Source of the DNA: a phage
Reading direction: 5' to 3' (one strand)
DNA: 64,000 nt
Sequence record: PZ445488.1
Shown here: one piece after another, positions 8,857 through 17,926 of the stretch
Layout of the letters: every line of letters begins with the position of its first letter
Numbering within the stretch: position 1 is the stretch's first letter
Program-made: the position numbers and the translations under genes
Notes under the pieces: generated by a model
What the model was told of the DNA's origin: nothing
What the model saw: the letters and a program-made list of their open reading frames with translations, nothing else
Database searches by the model: none

Positions 8857-9819
8857 TTATTTCCAAGTCAGTTCGCAGGTCAGTTGAAGAAGCATATACA
8901 TAACATGTAATTCAATATTACATGCTAGTCCATGAAACTTATTATTTTCGCCTGCAATTTCGTAAAGCGAAATAATACTTTTACCGGGTGCAACTTGGTC
9001 ATAACATTCTGAAACTAATTTATCGATGAACCATGAATAATCTGCAGCATATTTTGGAGCTAATGCACGAAGCTGTTTGATATCTTTGTTCTTCATTGCT
9101 TCGATAACATCAGAGACTGTGCCACGGTCATTAGTTACGATAGACAGAATACCTGCATCAAGAACACCTTTAGACGAGTACTGGTCTAATTGGCCAATTG
9201 TGCGACGAAAGTCTGGGAAGTTCTTTTTAACCAGAGCTGCAACAACTTTCATATCAGCGATTTCGATATTTTCGTTCTTACAGATTTCAACCATACGATG
9301 AATCATTTTCTTCATCATCGAGATTTTATCTTCTTCAGTCGGACGACCGAATTCGATAACTCGACAACGACTACGTAATGGTTCAATAATTCCATCAATA
9401 TTGTTAGCAGTGATAATAATAGAGCAGTTACTAGAGAATTCTTCCATAAACGTACGAAGGTGACGTTGTGATTCGGCAAGGCCACTACGGTCAAATTCGT
9501 CAATAACAATAACTTTAGGCTTGCCTTCCATTGAGACTGAACGAGCGAATGCAGTTAACGGACCACGCACAAAATCAATCTTACAATCAGAACCGTTGAC
9601 GAACATCATTTCGGCATTGATATCATTACATAATGCTTTTGCTACGGTTGTTTTACCTGTACCAGGAGAAGGAGAGTGCAAAATAATATGAGGAAGTTTT
9701 CCTTTAGATACTAAAGACTTGAATATTTCATGGTCATACGCAGGCAGAATACATTCGTCAATGGAAGAAGGACGATATTTCTGTTCTAGAATGTGTTCTT
9801 TGGAATTGATAGTAATCAT
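8857..9819 (-). CDS. 44: clamp-loader ATPase gp44 (AAA+)
   Basis: 320 aa; Walker [11 protein letters not shown], Walker [12 protein letters not shown] motif (PLRSRC); ATG at 9819. Confidence 0.92.
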   Translation of the reverse strand: MITINSKEHILEQKYRPSSIDECILPAYDHEIFKSLVSKGKLPHIILHSPSPGTGKTTVAKALCNDINAEMMFVNGSDCKIDFVRGPLTAFARSVSMEGKPKVIVIDEFDRSGLAESQRHLRTFMEEFSSNCSIIITANNIDGIIEPLRSRCRVIEFGRPTEEDKISMMKKMIHRMVEICKNENIEIADMKVVAALVKKNFPDFRRTIGQLDQYSSKGVLDAGILSIVTNDRGTVSDVIEAMKNKDIKQLRALAPKYAADYSWFIDKLVSECYDQVAPGKSIISLYEIAGENNKFHGLACNIELHVMYMLLQLTCELTWK

Positions 9820-9844
9820 GTAATTTTCCTCATTATCATTAAAC

Positions 9845-9862
9845 TGGAGGATTTCTCCTCCA
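9845..9862 (-). promoter_or_regulatory. RNA hairpin UGGAGGA-GAAA-UCCUCCA in the 45-44 intergenic region
   Basis: 7-bp inverted repeat followed on the minus strand by GUUUAAUGAUAAUG; possible attenuator or processing site. Confidence 0.3.
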
Positions 9863-9894
9863 TAATCGTACTACATTAAACGTAAAGCTTTGAC

Positions 9895-10581
9895 TTAGAA
9901 GTCGTGAGTAGAATCGGCTTCCATTGCAATAACATAACTTACTTGAGAGCTTTCAAACTTGGCTGCAACTTTATCACCAGCTCCCCACAACATTACTTTA
10001 TAGTTACCTGGCTGGATTTTCATATTAGCCATGTTGATTACGAAGTTAAAGTTGTTAGAACCATCATAATCGGTAAGAGTCAAAGAATACTTAGGACGAG
10101 TCAAGCCAGAATCTTCAACTTTATTGTAACCATTGATAACAATTTTACCATCTTTATTTGTAATAGCAATTGTATCAATCTGAAGACCACGTGAAACTCG
10201 AAGCAATTGTTGAAGGTCTTCGGCTTTAATTTCAGTAATCACAGAAGCCACTGGGAATTGAATTGGCTTATTAGGAAAAACAATGGTGCTCTTGTCGGCA
10301 GCAGGCCAATAAACTGTGGAACGTGTATCTGCAATTTTAATATTGCCATCAGTGTGCATTGAAATTTCAGCATCATCAGACACTAGACTCAAAATGCTTA
10401 AGAAGCTATTCAAATCATAAAGTGCTACGTCAAAATCAATTTCATCAGAGATATTTGCTTCTGCATAAGTGGTGCCATTAACTGCACGAGTCATAATAAA
10501 TTTACCTTGACTCAGCAGAATACCGGAGTTAATAGAGGCAAAGTTTTTCAGAATAGCGATAGTATCTTTAGACAGTTTCAT
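9895..10581 (-). CDS. 45: sliding clamp gp45
   Basis: MKLSKDTIAILKNFASINSGI... and C-terminal ALEADSTHDF match T4 gp45 (228 aa) from ATG 10581; the track start 10596 is a TTG extension. Confidence 0.92.
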   Translation of the reverse strand: MKLSKDTIAILKNFASINSGILLSQGKFIMTRAVNGTTYAEANISDEIDFDVALYDLNSFLSILSLVSDDAEISMHTDGNIKIADTRSTVYWPAADKSTIVFPNKPIQFPVASVITEIKAEDLQQLLRVSRGLQIDTIAITNKDGKIVINGYNKVEDSGLTRPKYSLTLTDYDGSNNFNFVINMANMKIQPGNYKVMLWGAGDKVAAKFESSQVSYVIAMEADSTHDF

Positions 10582-10623
10582 TTTATTTCCTTTCAAGACA
10601 ATTCAAAGTTTATAACAAATTTA

Positions 10624-11040
10624 TTATGCATCAACCATCTGCTTTTTAATAGCTTCAGGCAGTGATTCAATATATTCTGGAATTTTAGAAGCAACAATTT
10701 CGCCAGCTGCAATTAATTGTTCGTCTGCATCAACACAGTAGAAATCTTCCAGACGCTCAGAACCGTCTTTATCAAGAACGATTTTTCCACCGGCTTCAAT
10801 AGAATCTTTATAGTGCTTACGCATCAGATGAATCCACATATCAGATACATCGTTATCAATAAAACCATAAATCATAAAACGAGTTTCTTGTGGCAAAGAT
10901 TGAAGCTTTTTAGCACTTGCGTCATCACAATGCAGGACCCATGCTTTACGAACACGATTATGGTTATGCGGGTTAGCGTCAGTACGGATAGAAGTAACTT
11001 TCAGATCAGCAGCAGTGAAACCTTTAGCAGTAGTAAACAT
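10624..11040 (-). CDS. rpbA: RNA polymerase-binding protein RpbA-like (by position)
   Basis: 138 aa between 45 and 46 as in T4; assignment by synteny only. Confidence 0.45.
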   Translation of the reverse strand: MFTTAKGFTAADLKVTSIRTDANPHNHNRVRKAWVLHCDDASAKKLQSLPQETRFMIYGFIDNDVSDMWIHLMRKHYKDSIEAGGKIVLDKDGSERLEDFYCVDADEQLIAAGEIVASKIPEYIESLPEAIKKQMVDA

Positions 11041-11052
11041 ATTATTTCTCTC

Positions 11053-11253
11053 TTATTCGTAGAAGTCAGTAACTGTCCATGCGGAATTGCGATTAGACAT
11101 TATTTTATTATACTCATCTTTAAAAGCAGATTTGAGCATTTGTTCAGTAACAATATGTTCTTCACCTGAAAACGTATTGGTCAAAACATATTTTTTAATT
11201 TCAGGGACAACGAGAAGATGTTGTCCGGTTGAATACTCCATGTTGTTCTCCAT
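11053..11253 (-). CDS. hypothetical protein (66 aa; T4 45.2 position)
   Basis: ORF track; ATG at 11253; compact early array. Confidence 0.5.
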   Translation of the reverse strand: MENNMEYSTGQHLLVVPEIKKYVLTNTFSGEEHIVTEQMLKSAFKDEYNKIMSNRNSAWTVTDFYE

Positions 11254-11260
11254 TTAATTT

Positions 11261-11294
11261 GATGTGGTCATTATAACCACATCGTGTTAAAGCG
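11261..11294 (-). promoter_or_regulatory. candidate MotA-dependent middle promoter (MotA-box-like CGCTTTA, 12-bp spacer, TATAAT) with the -10 in the loop of an 8-bp palindrome
   Basis: Minus strand reads aaCGCTTTAacacgatgtggtTATAATgaccacatc; palindrome GATGTGGT/ACCACATC; sits directly upstream of the 11253 start. Confidence 0.4.
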
Positions 11295-11295
11295 T

Positions 11296-12984
11296 TTATG
11301 AAACAGTCATTACCGTAAATCGTCCAACTTTGCTCATCTGAAGATGTTGTCCATAACGTTGAGGGTCATGGTCTCGATGAGAGATAATGAACACATTAGT
11401 ATTTTGTAAACTTCCAAGAATGGTATCTATAGCCTTAACAGCCTCAGAATCGACAGCACCATCAAAAACCTCATCAAGAATCAGAGTGTTGATTTTAACG
11501 CCAGAGACCTTTTCAGCAATATCTCGCCATGTAAACAACAATGCGATATCGATACGTGCCTTTTCACCTTGACTAAATGAAGCATAACTGAACTCTTCAC
11601 GGCCACGTGATTTTATAGATTCATTGAATTCTTCGTCAATAGAAAACACGTAATCAGCTTCCATGATTTTAAGATAGTGGTTAATCTGCTTGTTGAACAG
11701 AGGCACATATTTTTTAATGATAGCACCTTTAATACCAGAATCTTTTAACATATCTGTGATAATACCACGATGGTATTTTTCAAGAACGATATCCGATTTT
11801 GTTTTAATGATTTTATCAAGTTCTTTTTGAAGCAAAGCTATCTCATCGGCGTGGTCGATAAATTCCGCCGAGGCTTGCTCTATTGCAGCTTTAACTTTCT
11901 TAGCTTTATCAATAGTGGCAATCATTGCTTGTTTCTTGGTACGGATATCGGATGCAAGGTCCTGTTTAGTCTTAACATTAGCTCGATATTCGTCCACTAG
12001 GACACTCAGATTATCTCTGTGGCAGGTAAGTTGCTCGAATGAGTGATTACATTCATGAAGCTTATCGGTAATCTTAGAGACAATAGGGTCACCCTGGTGC
12101 AACTGTGATGCGCAAGTAGGACATGTACCGCCATCATGATACATCTTAATAACTTTGTTATATGAGTCAATTTTAGATTTAATCAAGAATGCTTCTTGTC
12201 CGATCTTGTTGAATGCCTCAGTAGGGTCTTCGTCAAGAACGATATTAAGTAGACGCTCGTTAGCTTCTTCAATTTCTGCTTTTAATGAACGAGCTTCTTT
12301 GGCTAGGTCGTCATACATATTCTGTAGACGCGCTACATTATCGCCAGATAATTTCTTTTGACGTTCGATATTCTCGTTATAAATCTTAATTTGTTGGATA
12401 ATACCATCTTTCTTGGCATCGAGAACTTGTCCCTGGGAATTAAGTTCTCGAACTTGAGACTTATTGATTTTATCCATTTCAGCTAGTGTTCCAACTTCTA
12501 ATAAGTCTTCAACAAGCTTTCTGCGAGCAGGGGTGCTAAGAGCCATGAAAGGGGTATACCCTGCCGTCCCAAGCACAACGATCTGTTTAAAAGACGCGTA
12601 TGACATTCTGATGCTACGTTCAAATTCTTCTTGGAAGTCACGACTGCTGGCAGATTCATCAAGACGAACACCGTCAACGGAGATTTCGAAAATATTAGGC
12701 TTTTGGCCTCGTTTAATGAAGTATTTTTTATCATCGAATTCCATCCAAAGCTCAACTAAGAGCTCTTTCTTGTTCGTGCTATTAATGATTTGTCCTTTCT
12801 TAACATCACGAAATGGTTTACCGAAAAGTCCGAAAGTAATGGCTTCTAACATCGTAGATTTACCACCGCCATTTTTACCAGTGATTAATGTCTTTTGGAC
12901 TTTATCTAATTGGATATCAATAGGATTCCCACCTACCGACATGATGTTTTGATAACGAACACGATTTAATTTAAATGATTTCAT
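11296..12984 (-). CDS. 46: recombination endonuclease subunit gp46 (SbcC/Rad50-like ATPase)
   Basis: 562 aa; N-terminal Walker A ITGKNGGGKST, coiled-coil middle with CxxC hook (CPTCAS), C-terminal signature and Walker B; ATG at 12984. Confidence 0.92.
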   Translation of the reverse strand: MKSFKLNRVRYQNIMSVGGNPIDIQLDKVQKTLITGKNGGGKSTMLEAITFGLFGKPFRDVKKGQIINSTNKKELLVELWMEFDDKKYFIKRGQKPNIFEISVDGVRLDESASSRDFQEEFERSIRMSYASFKQIVVLGTAGYTPFMALSTPARRKLVEDLLEVGTLAEMDKINKSQVRELNSQGQVLDAKKDGIIQQIKIYNENIERQKKLSGDNVARLQNMYDDLAKEARSLKAEIEEANERLLNIVLDEDPTEAFNKIGQEAFLIKSKIDSYNKVIKMYHDGGTCPTCASQLHQGDPIVSKITDKLHECNHSFEQLTCHRDNLSVLVDEYRANVKTKQDLASDIRTKKQAMIATIDKAKKVKAAIEQASAEFIDHADEIALLQKELDKIIKTKSDIVLEKYHRGIITDMLKDSGIKGAIIKKYVPLFNKQINHYLKIMEADYVFSIDEEFNESIKSRGREEFSYASFSQGEKARIDIALLFTWRDIAEKVSGVKINTLILDEVFDGAVDSEAVKAIDTILGSLQNTNVFIISHRDHDPQRYGQHLQMSKVGRFTVMTVS

Positions 12985-13220
12985 ATGTATTCTCTTCGAA
13001 TGAAGTCCTCTACATATTTTAACATGTCATCCCTATCAGCAAAATATTCATCTAGTTCTGCATACATAACAACACCTGGGGCGTACTCACAGGTAACATA
13101 CATTGTTCCAAAGAAACGAGGAGTTGATTCCTCGTAATTCTCAGTCCATTCAACTATACCAATATAACCGTCACCAACACTAAATTCATGACGATGGATT
13201 TCATAATCAGTCTTCGTCAT
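12981..13220 (-). CDS. hypothetical protein (T4 46.1 position)
   Basis: ORF track frame; start moved to ATG 13220 (GAGG 9 nt upstream); the track start 13235 is TTG. Confidence 0.45.
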   Translation of the reverse strand: MTKTDYEIHRHEFSVGDGYIGIVEWTENYEESTPRFFGTMYVTCEYAPGVVMYAELDEYFADRDDMLKYVEDFIRREYI

Positions 13221-13464
13221 TATACGCATCCTCAATACACGCTTCAGCCATTTTAAGAATAGAGCCAGGAGTATCGTTGTCCATTATATTAAAGCTAAAT
13301 TCAATAGCCCAGTCGGTACAGACATGAACGGCTTTAACTTCATTGCCTTCAACGCGTAATGGCTCAATCCAATACTTGATAGTGTTCTCGAATCCATCAT
13401 CATCTTTAACGTCTATTTCAACTTCAAGCCCGAGCCCAGCATTGTTAAATTCATCTAAAGTCAT
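13207..13464 (-). CDS. hypothetical acidic protein (85 aa)
   Basis: ORF track; ATG at 13464 overlaps the gp47 stop. Confidence 0.5.
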   Translation of the reverse strand: MTLDEFNNAGLGLEVEIDVKDDDGFENTIKYWIEPLRVEGNEVKAVHVCTDWAIEFSFNIMDNDTPGSILKMAEACIEDAYNDED

Positions 13465-14480
13465 TGTGTTGCCTCAATATAAAGTTCGTTGGAATATTTG
13501 ACCAGCGCTTCTCTGTCTTCGTCTGAGATATCTGGAATCGCGTCAATATATTCTTTAATGATATCTTGAAGTGATTTAATCTCGATTTCCTGGTCGTCAT
13601 CAGATTCAACACTGTTATCAACTTTAGAAACCATACGAAGAGAGTGAACTACTTTTTCAAGTTCAGATTCAAACTTAGTCAACTCTGAATCAATTTCTGA
13701 TACTATAACACGTACGGCTAGATTAGTATAATCAGAATAATTAATTTTGCCTTTAAACGGATAAGTGATTCGTCGATGCCATGTTGTTTCATTAGGAATA
13801 AATTCCATACGTTCAACATCAGTGTCAAATACCCAGAATCCGCGCGGATCGTTCTCATCACCTGCAGTAAGGGTCCATGGTGTCCCAATATATTTGACGT
13901 TAGCAGCTTCAGAGATTGTGTGGAAGTGGCCAGACCAGACTTGTTTATAGGTCTTTAAGAAATCAGGTTCAAGCCCATGAGACTTCATTCCTTTATAGAA
14001 ATAAAAACCGTTCAGTTCCCAGTGACCAACACAATACGCAGCAGAAGAAGTCTTGATGTGCTCTAAGATTTCACCTGTATTTTCTTCACACATCCACGGA
14101 ACGATATCGATCAGACATCCGTCAAAATCTACAGTAGTTGGATGTTCGTAAATAGTAAAGTTTTCAAATTGAGTTAACAATTCAGAAACAGTGTTAGGTG
14201 TTATTGTATTCTTAAACGCCATGTCATGGTTTCCTATCGTGACATGAACGTGAATGCCTGCCTTAGAAATCATATCAACGATTTCACGATTGAATTCCAT
14301 TGTACGATGTGTTATTGCTTTACGGACGTCGAACCAATCACCGTACTGAATCCAAGTTTTAATCCCGTGTTTCTTAGAGTATTCAATTGCTTGACGAATA
14401 CCATCGCGTTGAATATCTTGAACCCATGGGTCGTCTTGTTTGACTCCAATATGGAAGTCGCCTAAGTGCAAAATTTTCAT
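13461..14480 (-). CDS. 47: recombination endonuclease subunit gp47 (SbcD/Mre11-like phosphoesterase)
   Basis: 339 aa; MKILHLGDFHIG and GNHD metallophosphatase motifs; ATG at 14480. Confidence 0.92.
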   Translation of the reverse strand: MKILHLGDFHIGVKQDDPWVQDIQRDGIRQAIEYSKKHGIKTWIQYGDWFDVRKAITHRTMEFNREIVDMISKAGIHVHVTIGNHDMAFKNTITPNTVSELLTQFENFTIYEHPTTVDFDGCLIDIVPWMCEENTGEILEHIKTSSAAYCVGHWELNGFYFYKGMKSHGLEPDFLKTYKQVWSGHFHTISEAANVKYIGTPWTLTAGDENDPRGFWVFDTDVERMEFIPNETTWHRRITYPFKGKINYSDYTNLAVRVIVSEIDSELTKFESELEKVVHSLRMVSKVDNSVESDDDQEIEIKSLQDIIKEYIDAIPDISDEDREALVKYSNELYIEATQ

Positions 14481-14526
14481 ATTATTTCCTCATTAGTTAA
14501 TTCATTCTATCATCCGTTTATAAAGC

Positions 14527-14550
14527 AAAAAAGGAACTCCGAAGAGTTCC
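14527..14550 (-). terminator. rho-independent terminator (GGAACUC-UUCG-GAGUUCC + U6)
   Basis: 7-bp stem, UUCG tetraloop, followed on the minus strand by TTTTTTGC; immediately 3' of the small ORF at 14550..14723. Confidence 0.6.
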
Positions 14551-14723
14551 TATCCACATAGTACACCATACAGAGGCTCATTTGAACTTTTAAATCGAAT
14601 GGGCTTGTATGTAATAGTTCCTTCGGCTTTAGCTTTATCATAAGACTCTTTAAAACGTCTCATTCTTTCTGCTTTGCCTTTACGGATTTTATCGAAATTT
14701 TCAGAAGTCGGGATGTTCGTCAT
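14550..14723 (-). CDS. small basic protein (57 aa)
   Basis: Hand-translated MTNIPTSENFDKIRKGKAERMRRFKESYDKAKAEG...; ATG at 14723; its stop lies within the terminator stem; below the ORF-track cutoff. Confidence 0.35.
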   Translation of the reverse strand: MTNIPTSENFDKIRKGKAERMRRFKESYDKAKAEGTITYKPIRFKSSNEPLYGVLCG

Positions 14724-14762
14724 GCATAATCACCTCTCAGAAAATACCTAAATCGATTTCTC

Positions 14763-14969
14763 TCATCGTTTCCACCATTTCTTAACTTGAAATGAATCAA
14801 CCCACACGAGTTGTTTTGGGTCTGCCTTTACAATAGGCGGACAAATTTCTGTAATAGAACCGTCGTGATATTCCTTTTCAGAAATTTTAACACAAAGAGG
14901 ACCTCCCAATTTAAGGGTGAACCCTGCATTCAGCTTCAGACGTTTAAACTTTGTTTGAACTAGCGCCAT
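14763..14969 (-). CDS. hypothetical protein
   Basis: ORF track frame; ATG 14969 (GAGG 9 nt upstream) preferred over the TTG at 14984. Confidence 0.4.
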   Translation of the reverse strand: MALVQTKFKRLKLNAGFTLKLGGPLCVKISEKEYHDGSITEICPPIVKADPKQLVWVDSFQVKKWWKR

Positions 14970-15267
14970 TAATGATGTCCTCAATAGCCTGACGAGTAGT
15001 AACCCACTGGATTTTAATTAACTTGTCATTATATGGTTGTCGTAGAATATCCCGAGATTTCTTAATAGCATATTCGTAAGCTTCGAAGTTGTTTTGAATT
15101 GCTGCTTCTTGAGCATGAGCATAAAGACGGTTTAGTTCAAAACGATTCTTTTTAAGAATCTTTTCGGATTTTTTACGTGCTTCAGCTTCATTTTTCTTTT
15201 GGATTTCTTGTAGCATTTTAGCTACTGCATCTTCTGCTTCTTTATTTTCAATAATCTCGGTAGTCAT
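14944..15267 (-). CDS. hypothetical protein (107 aa, Lys/Glu-rich coiled coil)
   Basis: ORF track; ATG at 15267. Confidence 0.5.
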   Translation of the reverse strand: MTTEIIENKEAEDAVAKMLQEIQKKNEAEARKKSEKILKKNRFELNRLYAHAQEAAIQNNFEAYEYAIKKSRDILRQPYNDKLIKIQWVTTRQAIEDIINGASSNKV

Positions 15268-15268
15268 A

Positions 15269-15484
15269 TTATCTCATTAAATTAAAATAAAAACGTCCAT
15301 CCTCTTCAATACAGAACTCATACTCAACCGGAGTCCCATTTATCGAAAATGACACGTCATGTGGGTTCAAAGGGTCGATGTCAAAATTAATTTTAAATTC
15401 ACGACCCAACAGTTTTACCAAATAAGGGATTGCTTCGTCAAAAGGTTCTTCTAAGTAGTTAGAGATGTCAATTGTCATCCTCAT
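15269..15484 (-). CDS. hypothetical protein
   Basis: ORF track frame; start placed at ATG 15484 because the longer track ORF would run 95 nt into gene 55. Confidence 0.4.
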   Translation of the reverse strand: MRMTIDISNYLEEPFDEAIPYLVKLLGREFKINFDIDPLNPHDVSFSINGTPVEYEFCIEEDGRFYFNLMR

Positions 15485-16025
15485 ATAAAAAATCCAAACT
15501 AGGCGAATCGCTAACAACTTCCTTCTTTTCAGCCCCAGGAGCTTTATAAGCGGATTCTTCATAATGCGTCATTTTATCGTAGATGTCTTGAATAAACGTT
15601 TCATCTACCAACGCTACCATATCATCGTCATGACTGTCGTAGACATTATGAACGAAGTAACTATATTTCTTTGCAACTTCCTTACGTTCTTTTTTGATAC
15701 GTTGGACAAAAGCATTAAAACAAGCTCGAGTTATGTATGCATGTGGGTTATTGTACTTAGTTTCGTCGAAATTATGAAGTCCCTTAATAGAGGCTTCAAT
15801 CCCATCTGCAATCATCTCCTGCTTCCAAGACTGGGTATATCCTGAAAAGTTGAAACGTTTGGACAGGCCTTCGGCAATAAGCATAATTGCTAAACCGATG
15901 GTATCATTCTGACGAATAATTTTGTTTGGGTCTTTATTATTTAAGAGCTCCTTTTTCCACTCGATTATAGCGGCGAGAAGCTCTTTATTATTCACATAGT
16001 TATTTTTAGGTTTTTGTTCAGTCAT
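15468..16025 (-). CDS. 55: late-transcription sigma factor gp55
   Basis: [60 protein letters not shown]... matches T4 gp55 (185 aa) from ATG 16025 with AAGAGG RBS; the track start 16043 is TTG. Confidence 0.9.
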   Translation of the reverse strand: MTEQKPKNNYVNNKELLAAIIEWKKELLNNKDPNKIIRQNDTIGLAIMLIAEGLSKRFNFSGYTQSWKQEMIADGIEASIKGLHNFDETKYNNPHAYITRACFNAFVQRIKKERKEVAKKYSYFVHNVYDSHDDDMVALVDETFIQDIYDKMTHYEESAYKAPGAEKKEVVSDSPSLDFLYEDDN

Positions 16026-16046
16026 AAGTACCTCTTGGCTCAATTC

Positions 16047-16081
16047 ATAGGTCTATTATATCATAATATTTAGAGACCTAT
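16047..16081 (-). promoter_or_regulatory. early promoter with extended -10 (TGATATAAT) in the loop of an 8-bp palindrome (AGACCTAT/ATAGGTCT), upstream of gene 55
   Basis: Minus strand reads GATAGGTCTCTAAATATTATGATATAATAGACCTATG. Confidence 0.45.
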
Positions 16082-16097
16082 CTTAAAGCACGAGATA

Positions 16098-16367
16098 CTA
16101 TCGGAGCAAACAATAAGCCTGAAACACTTTTTCCATTAAACGTTTGAACTCATGTATATCAATATAAAGCTCAGTAAGACCGGCATTATAAAGAAAATCT
16201 AAAAAGTTCTCATGTGTTTCGTTATAGTCGCCTTCATTTAATTGAGATACATGAGTTTCCCAAAAACCAACACCTTTAACGAATGGAAAATACGTGACTT
16301 TCATGTATTCGTCAACATAAAATTCGCCCAGCTTTTCTTCAGTTATACTGATTCGAGTTAATTTCAT
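16098..16367 (-). CDS. hypothetical protein (89 aa)
   Basis: ORF track; ATG at 16367. Confidence 0.5.
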   Translation of the reverse strand: MKLTRISITEEKLGEFYVDEYMKVTYFPFVKGVGFWETHVSQLNEGDYNETHENFLDFLYNAGLTELYIDIHEFKRLMEKVFQAYCLLR

Positions 16368-16591
16368 TCTAGTTCCTTTGCTGCTTCAAGAGCAGCATCA
16401 AGCGAATCAAATTGGTCAACGAAATCAATATTCAACGCATCGTCAACCGTAGCATATAGCCACCATTGTTTAAATTCATATTCTAGAATAAATCCAGGAC
16501 CTTCGATCTGAGGAAGACCTAGACTATTTGTACCAACTTCGTAACCAGCTAGACGCAGATCATTAATCAAAGTTTCTGTTAGTACGCTCAT
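16364..16591 (-). CDS. hypothetical protein (75 aa, acidic)
   Basis: ORF track; ATG at 16591. Confidence 0.5.
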   Translation of the reverse strand: MSVLTETLINDLRLAGYEVGTNSLGLPQIEGPGFILEYEFKQWWLYATVDDALNIDFVDQFDSLDAALEAAKELE

Positions 16592-16920
16592 TTTACCGCC
16601 TTAACAATTTTCAAGTCAGCGAATTTTTTCTTACGTTGATTTTTCATACGACGGATAGTTTTTTCAGAGATTTCATGTTTCTGATAAGCTTTAGATTCAA
16701 CACCAAATGCAGCAACGTCAAATTCAGAAAGAATATATTGTACTAGAATTTCGCGAATAGAATTACGTCCAATTTTCTGGTCGTGTTTTTGCATGATTTC
16801 ATAAAGACGGAATTCCCACGCGTCAAGAACTTGAGGAGTAACAATACCACCTTTTTCTAGAAGACTAACAACTTTATCGAAAGCGAAAGAGTTCACTACG
16901 TTTTTGATTTTAGTAGACAT
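16588..16920 (-). CDS. hypothetical protein (110 aa)
   Basis: Start placed at ATG 16920 (AGAGGA RBS); the upstream ATG 16959 lies inside the promoter -10. Confidence 0.5.
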   Translation of the reverse strand: MSTKIKNVVNSFAFDKVVSLLEKGGIVTPQVLDAWEFRLYEIMQKHDQKIGRNSIREILVQYILSEFDVAAFGVESKAYQKHEISEKTIRRMKNQRKKKFADLKIVKAVK

Positions 16921-16939
16921 ATTATTTTCCTCTGTTATT

Positions 16940-16983
16940 TTATTATCCAACGAGAGCATTATACTCTGCTCTCAAGAGTTTGT
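16940..16983. repeat. 44-bp exact repeat, copy A (identical to 46351..46394)
   Basis: ttattatccaacgagagcattatactctgctctcaagagtttgt occurs identically about 29.4 kb away; contains TATAAT between inverted GAGAGC/GCTCTC. Confidence 0.85.
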
Positions 16984-16986
16984 GCG
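16958..16986 (-). promoter_or_regulatory. promoter-like element (TATAAT -10; degenerate -35 CGCACA) within repeat copy A
   Basis: Same -10 and spacer as the 46369..46397 promoter, but the -35 TTTACA is replaced. Confidence 0.3.
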
Positions 16987-17226
16987 TTATTTCGTGATAA
17001 GATAATGTAAATAGTTTGCTTGACGAACACTGATATCAACACCCATATCAAAGATACCTTTATAGAACGGGTATTTGTTTTCAGTAGAATCTAGACTAAA
17101 AGCCTTTCCGCCACAACTAACGGTAATAGCATCAGTTAAAGTGTCATATGCAAACTTAATAGTTGAGCCGTTCACTACGACTTCAAGACGTTTTTTCGAT
17201 GTAATAATGTCTAATTCTTGTTCCAT
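16987..17226 (-). CDS. hypothetical protein (79 aa)
   Basis: ORF track; ATG at 17226 with GAGGAAAA RBS. Confidence 0.5.
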   Translation of the reverse strand: MEQELDIITSKKRLEVVVNGSTIKFAYDTLTDAITVSCGGKAFSLDSTENKYPFYKGIFDMGVDISVRQANYLHYLITK

Positions 17227-17254
17227 GATATTTTCCTCATTTTAAGACGATAGG

Positions 17255-17284
17255 AAGATAACACTTCTTCCTACCATCGTAAAC
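17255..17284 (-). promoter_or_regulatory. early promoter candidate (GTTTAC, 18 bp, TATCTT) within palindrome TAGGAAGA/TCTTCCTA
   Basis: Minus strand reads GTTTACgatggtaggaagaagtgtTATCTTcctatc. Confidence 0.35.
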
Positions 17285-17286
17285 TA

Positions 17287-17487
17287 TTAACCGAACTTTT
17301 TAGCGCCTTTCCAGCCTTCGTACATAATTGCGCAAGTCAATAGCACAGCATGTTGGCATTCTTTGTATTTGTAAATCCAGAACCAGCGTAAAAAGTCTTC
17401 ATCCTCAACACCGTTGAGTTTCATATTGGCAAAGAATTCGGCACGTTCTTCACGAAGTTGCCATGACACAATATTTTCAGGATTCAT
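17287..17487 (-). CDS. hypothetical protein
   Basis: ORF track frame; ATG 17487 preferred over the GTG at 17499. Confidence 0.4.
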   Translation of the reverse strand: MNPENIVSWQLREERAEFFANMKLNGVEDEDFLRWFWIYKYKECQHAVLLTCAIMYEGWKGAKKFG

Positions 17488-17711
17488 TTTGTGTTCCACG
17501 CCCCATTTTCATCGATGAACTTAATCCAGTCATTTACAGACCATTTAGTTGTATCACCCTTTGGATTAACATTTAAAGTATATAATCCCTGCTTAAAAAG
17601 CATTCGTTTGATATTCATAATTTCCTCAACTGTAACGATAACATTCGTTAGCTTTACGTTTGGCTTCAGTATGAGAAGTATTATAATCATACTCTTCTTT
17701 ACTGTAAACAT
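17484..17711 (-). CDS. hypothetical protein (75 aa)
   Basis: ORF track; ATG at 17711. Confidence 0.45.
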   Translation of the reverse strand: MFTVKKSMIIILLILKPNVKLTNVIVTVEEIMNIKRMLFKQGLYTLNVNPKGDTTKWSVNDWIKFIDENGAWNTK

Positions 17712-17919
17712 CTTTTTTCAACTTACGAACCTCTTTGCGGAGTTGTCGATTCATTTCATTCTTGACTTCAGAATCAACACCTTTCATACGTTTCCATTTA
17801 TCTGAGCGGAAGATGTTTTCAACCATGTCTTTGTGGCTAACACCGTCAGGAGCTTTACGCTTACCAAAATAGTCGTAATCGCGAACTTTCAAATCTTTAC
17901 GACGATATGTTTTACCCAT
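17626..17919 (-). CDS. hypothetical basic protein
   Basis: ORF track frame; ATG 17919 (GAGG 5 nt upstream) preferred over the GTG at 17949. Confidence 0.45.
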   Translation of the reverse strand: MGKTYRRKDLKVRDYDYFGKRKAPDGVSHKDMVENIFRSDKWKRMKGVDSEVKNEMNRQLRKEVRKLKKDVYSKEEYDYNTSHTEAKRKANECYRYS

Positions 17920-17926
17920 AAGTACC

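Noticed and set aside
16959-16959. ORF-track start codons at 16959, 38955, 16043, 10596, 47376, 32491, 18972 and similar N-terminal extensions
   Set aside because: These are upstream TTG/GTG or ATG codons lying inside promoter elements or lacking a Shine-Dalgarno; internal ATGs with good RBS and T4-matching N-termini were preferred.
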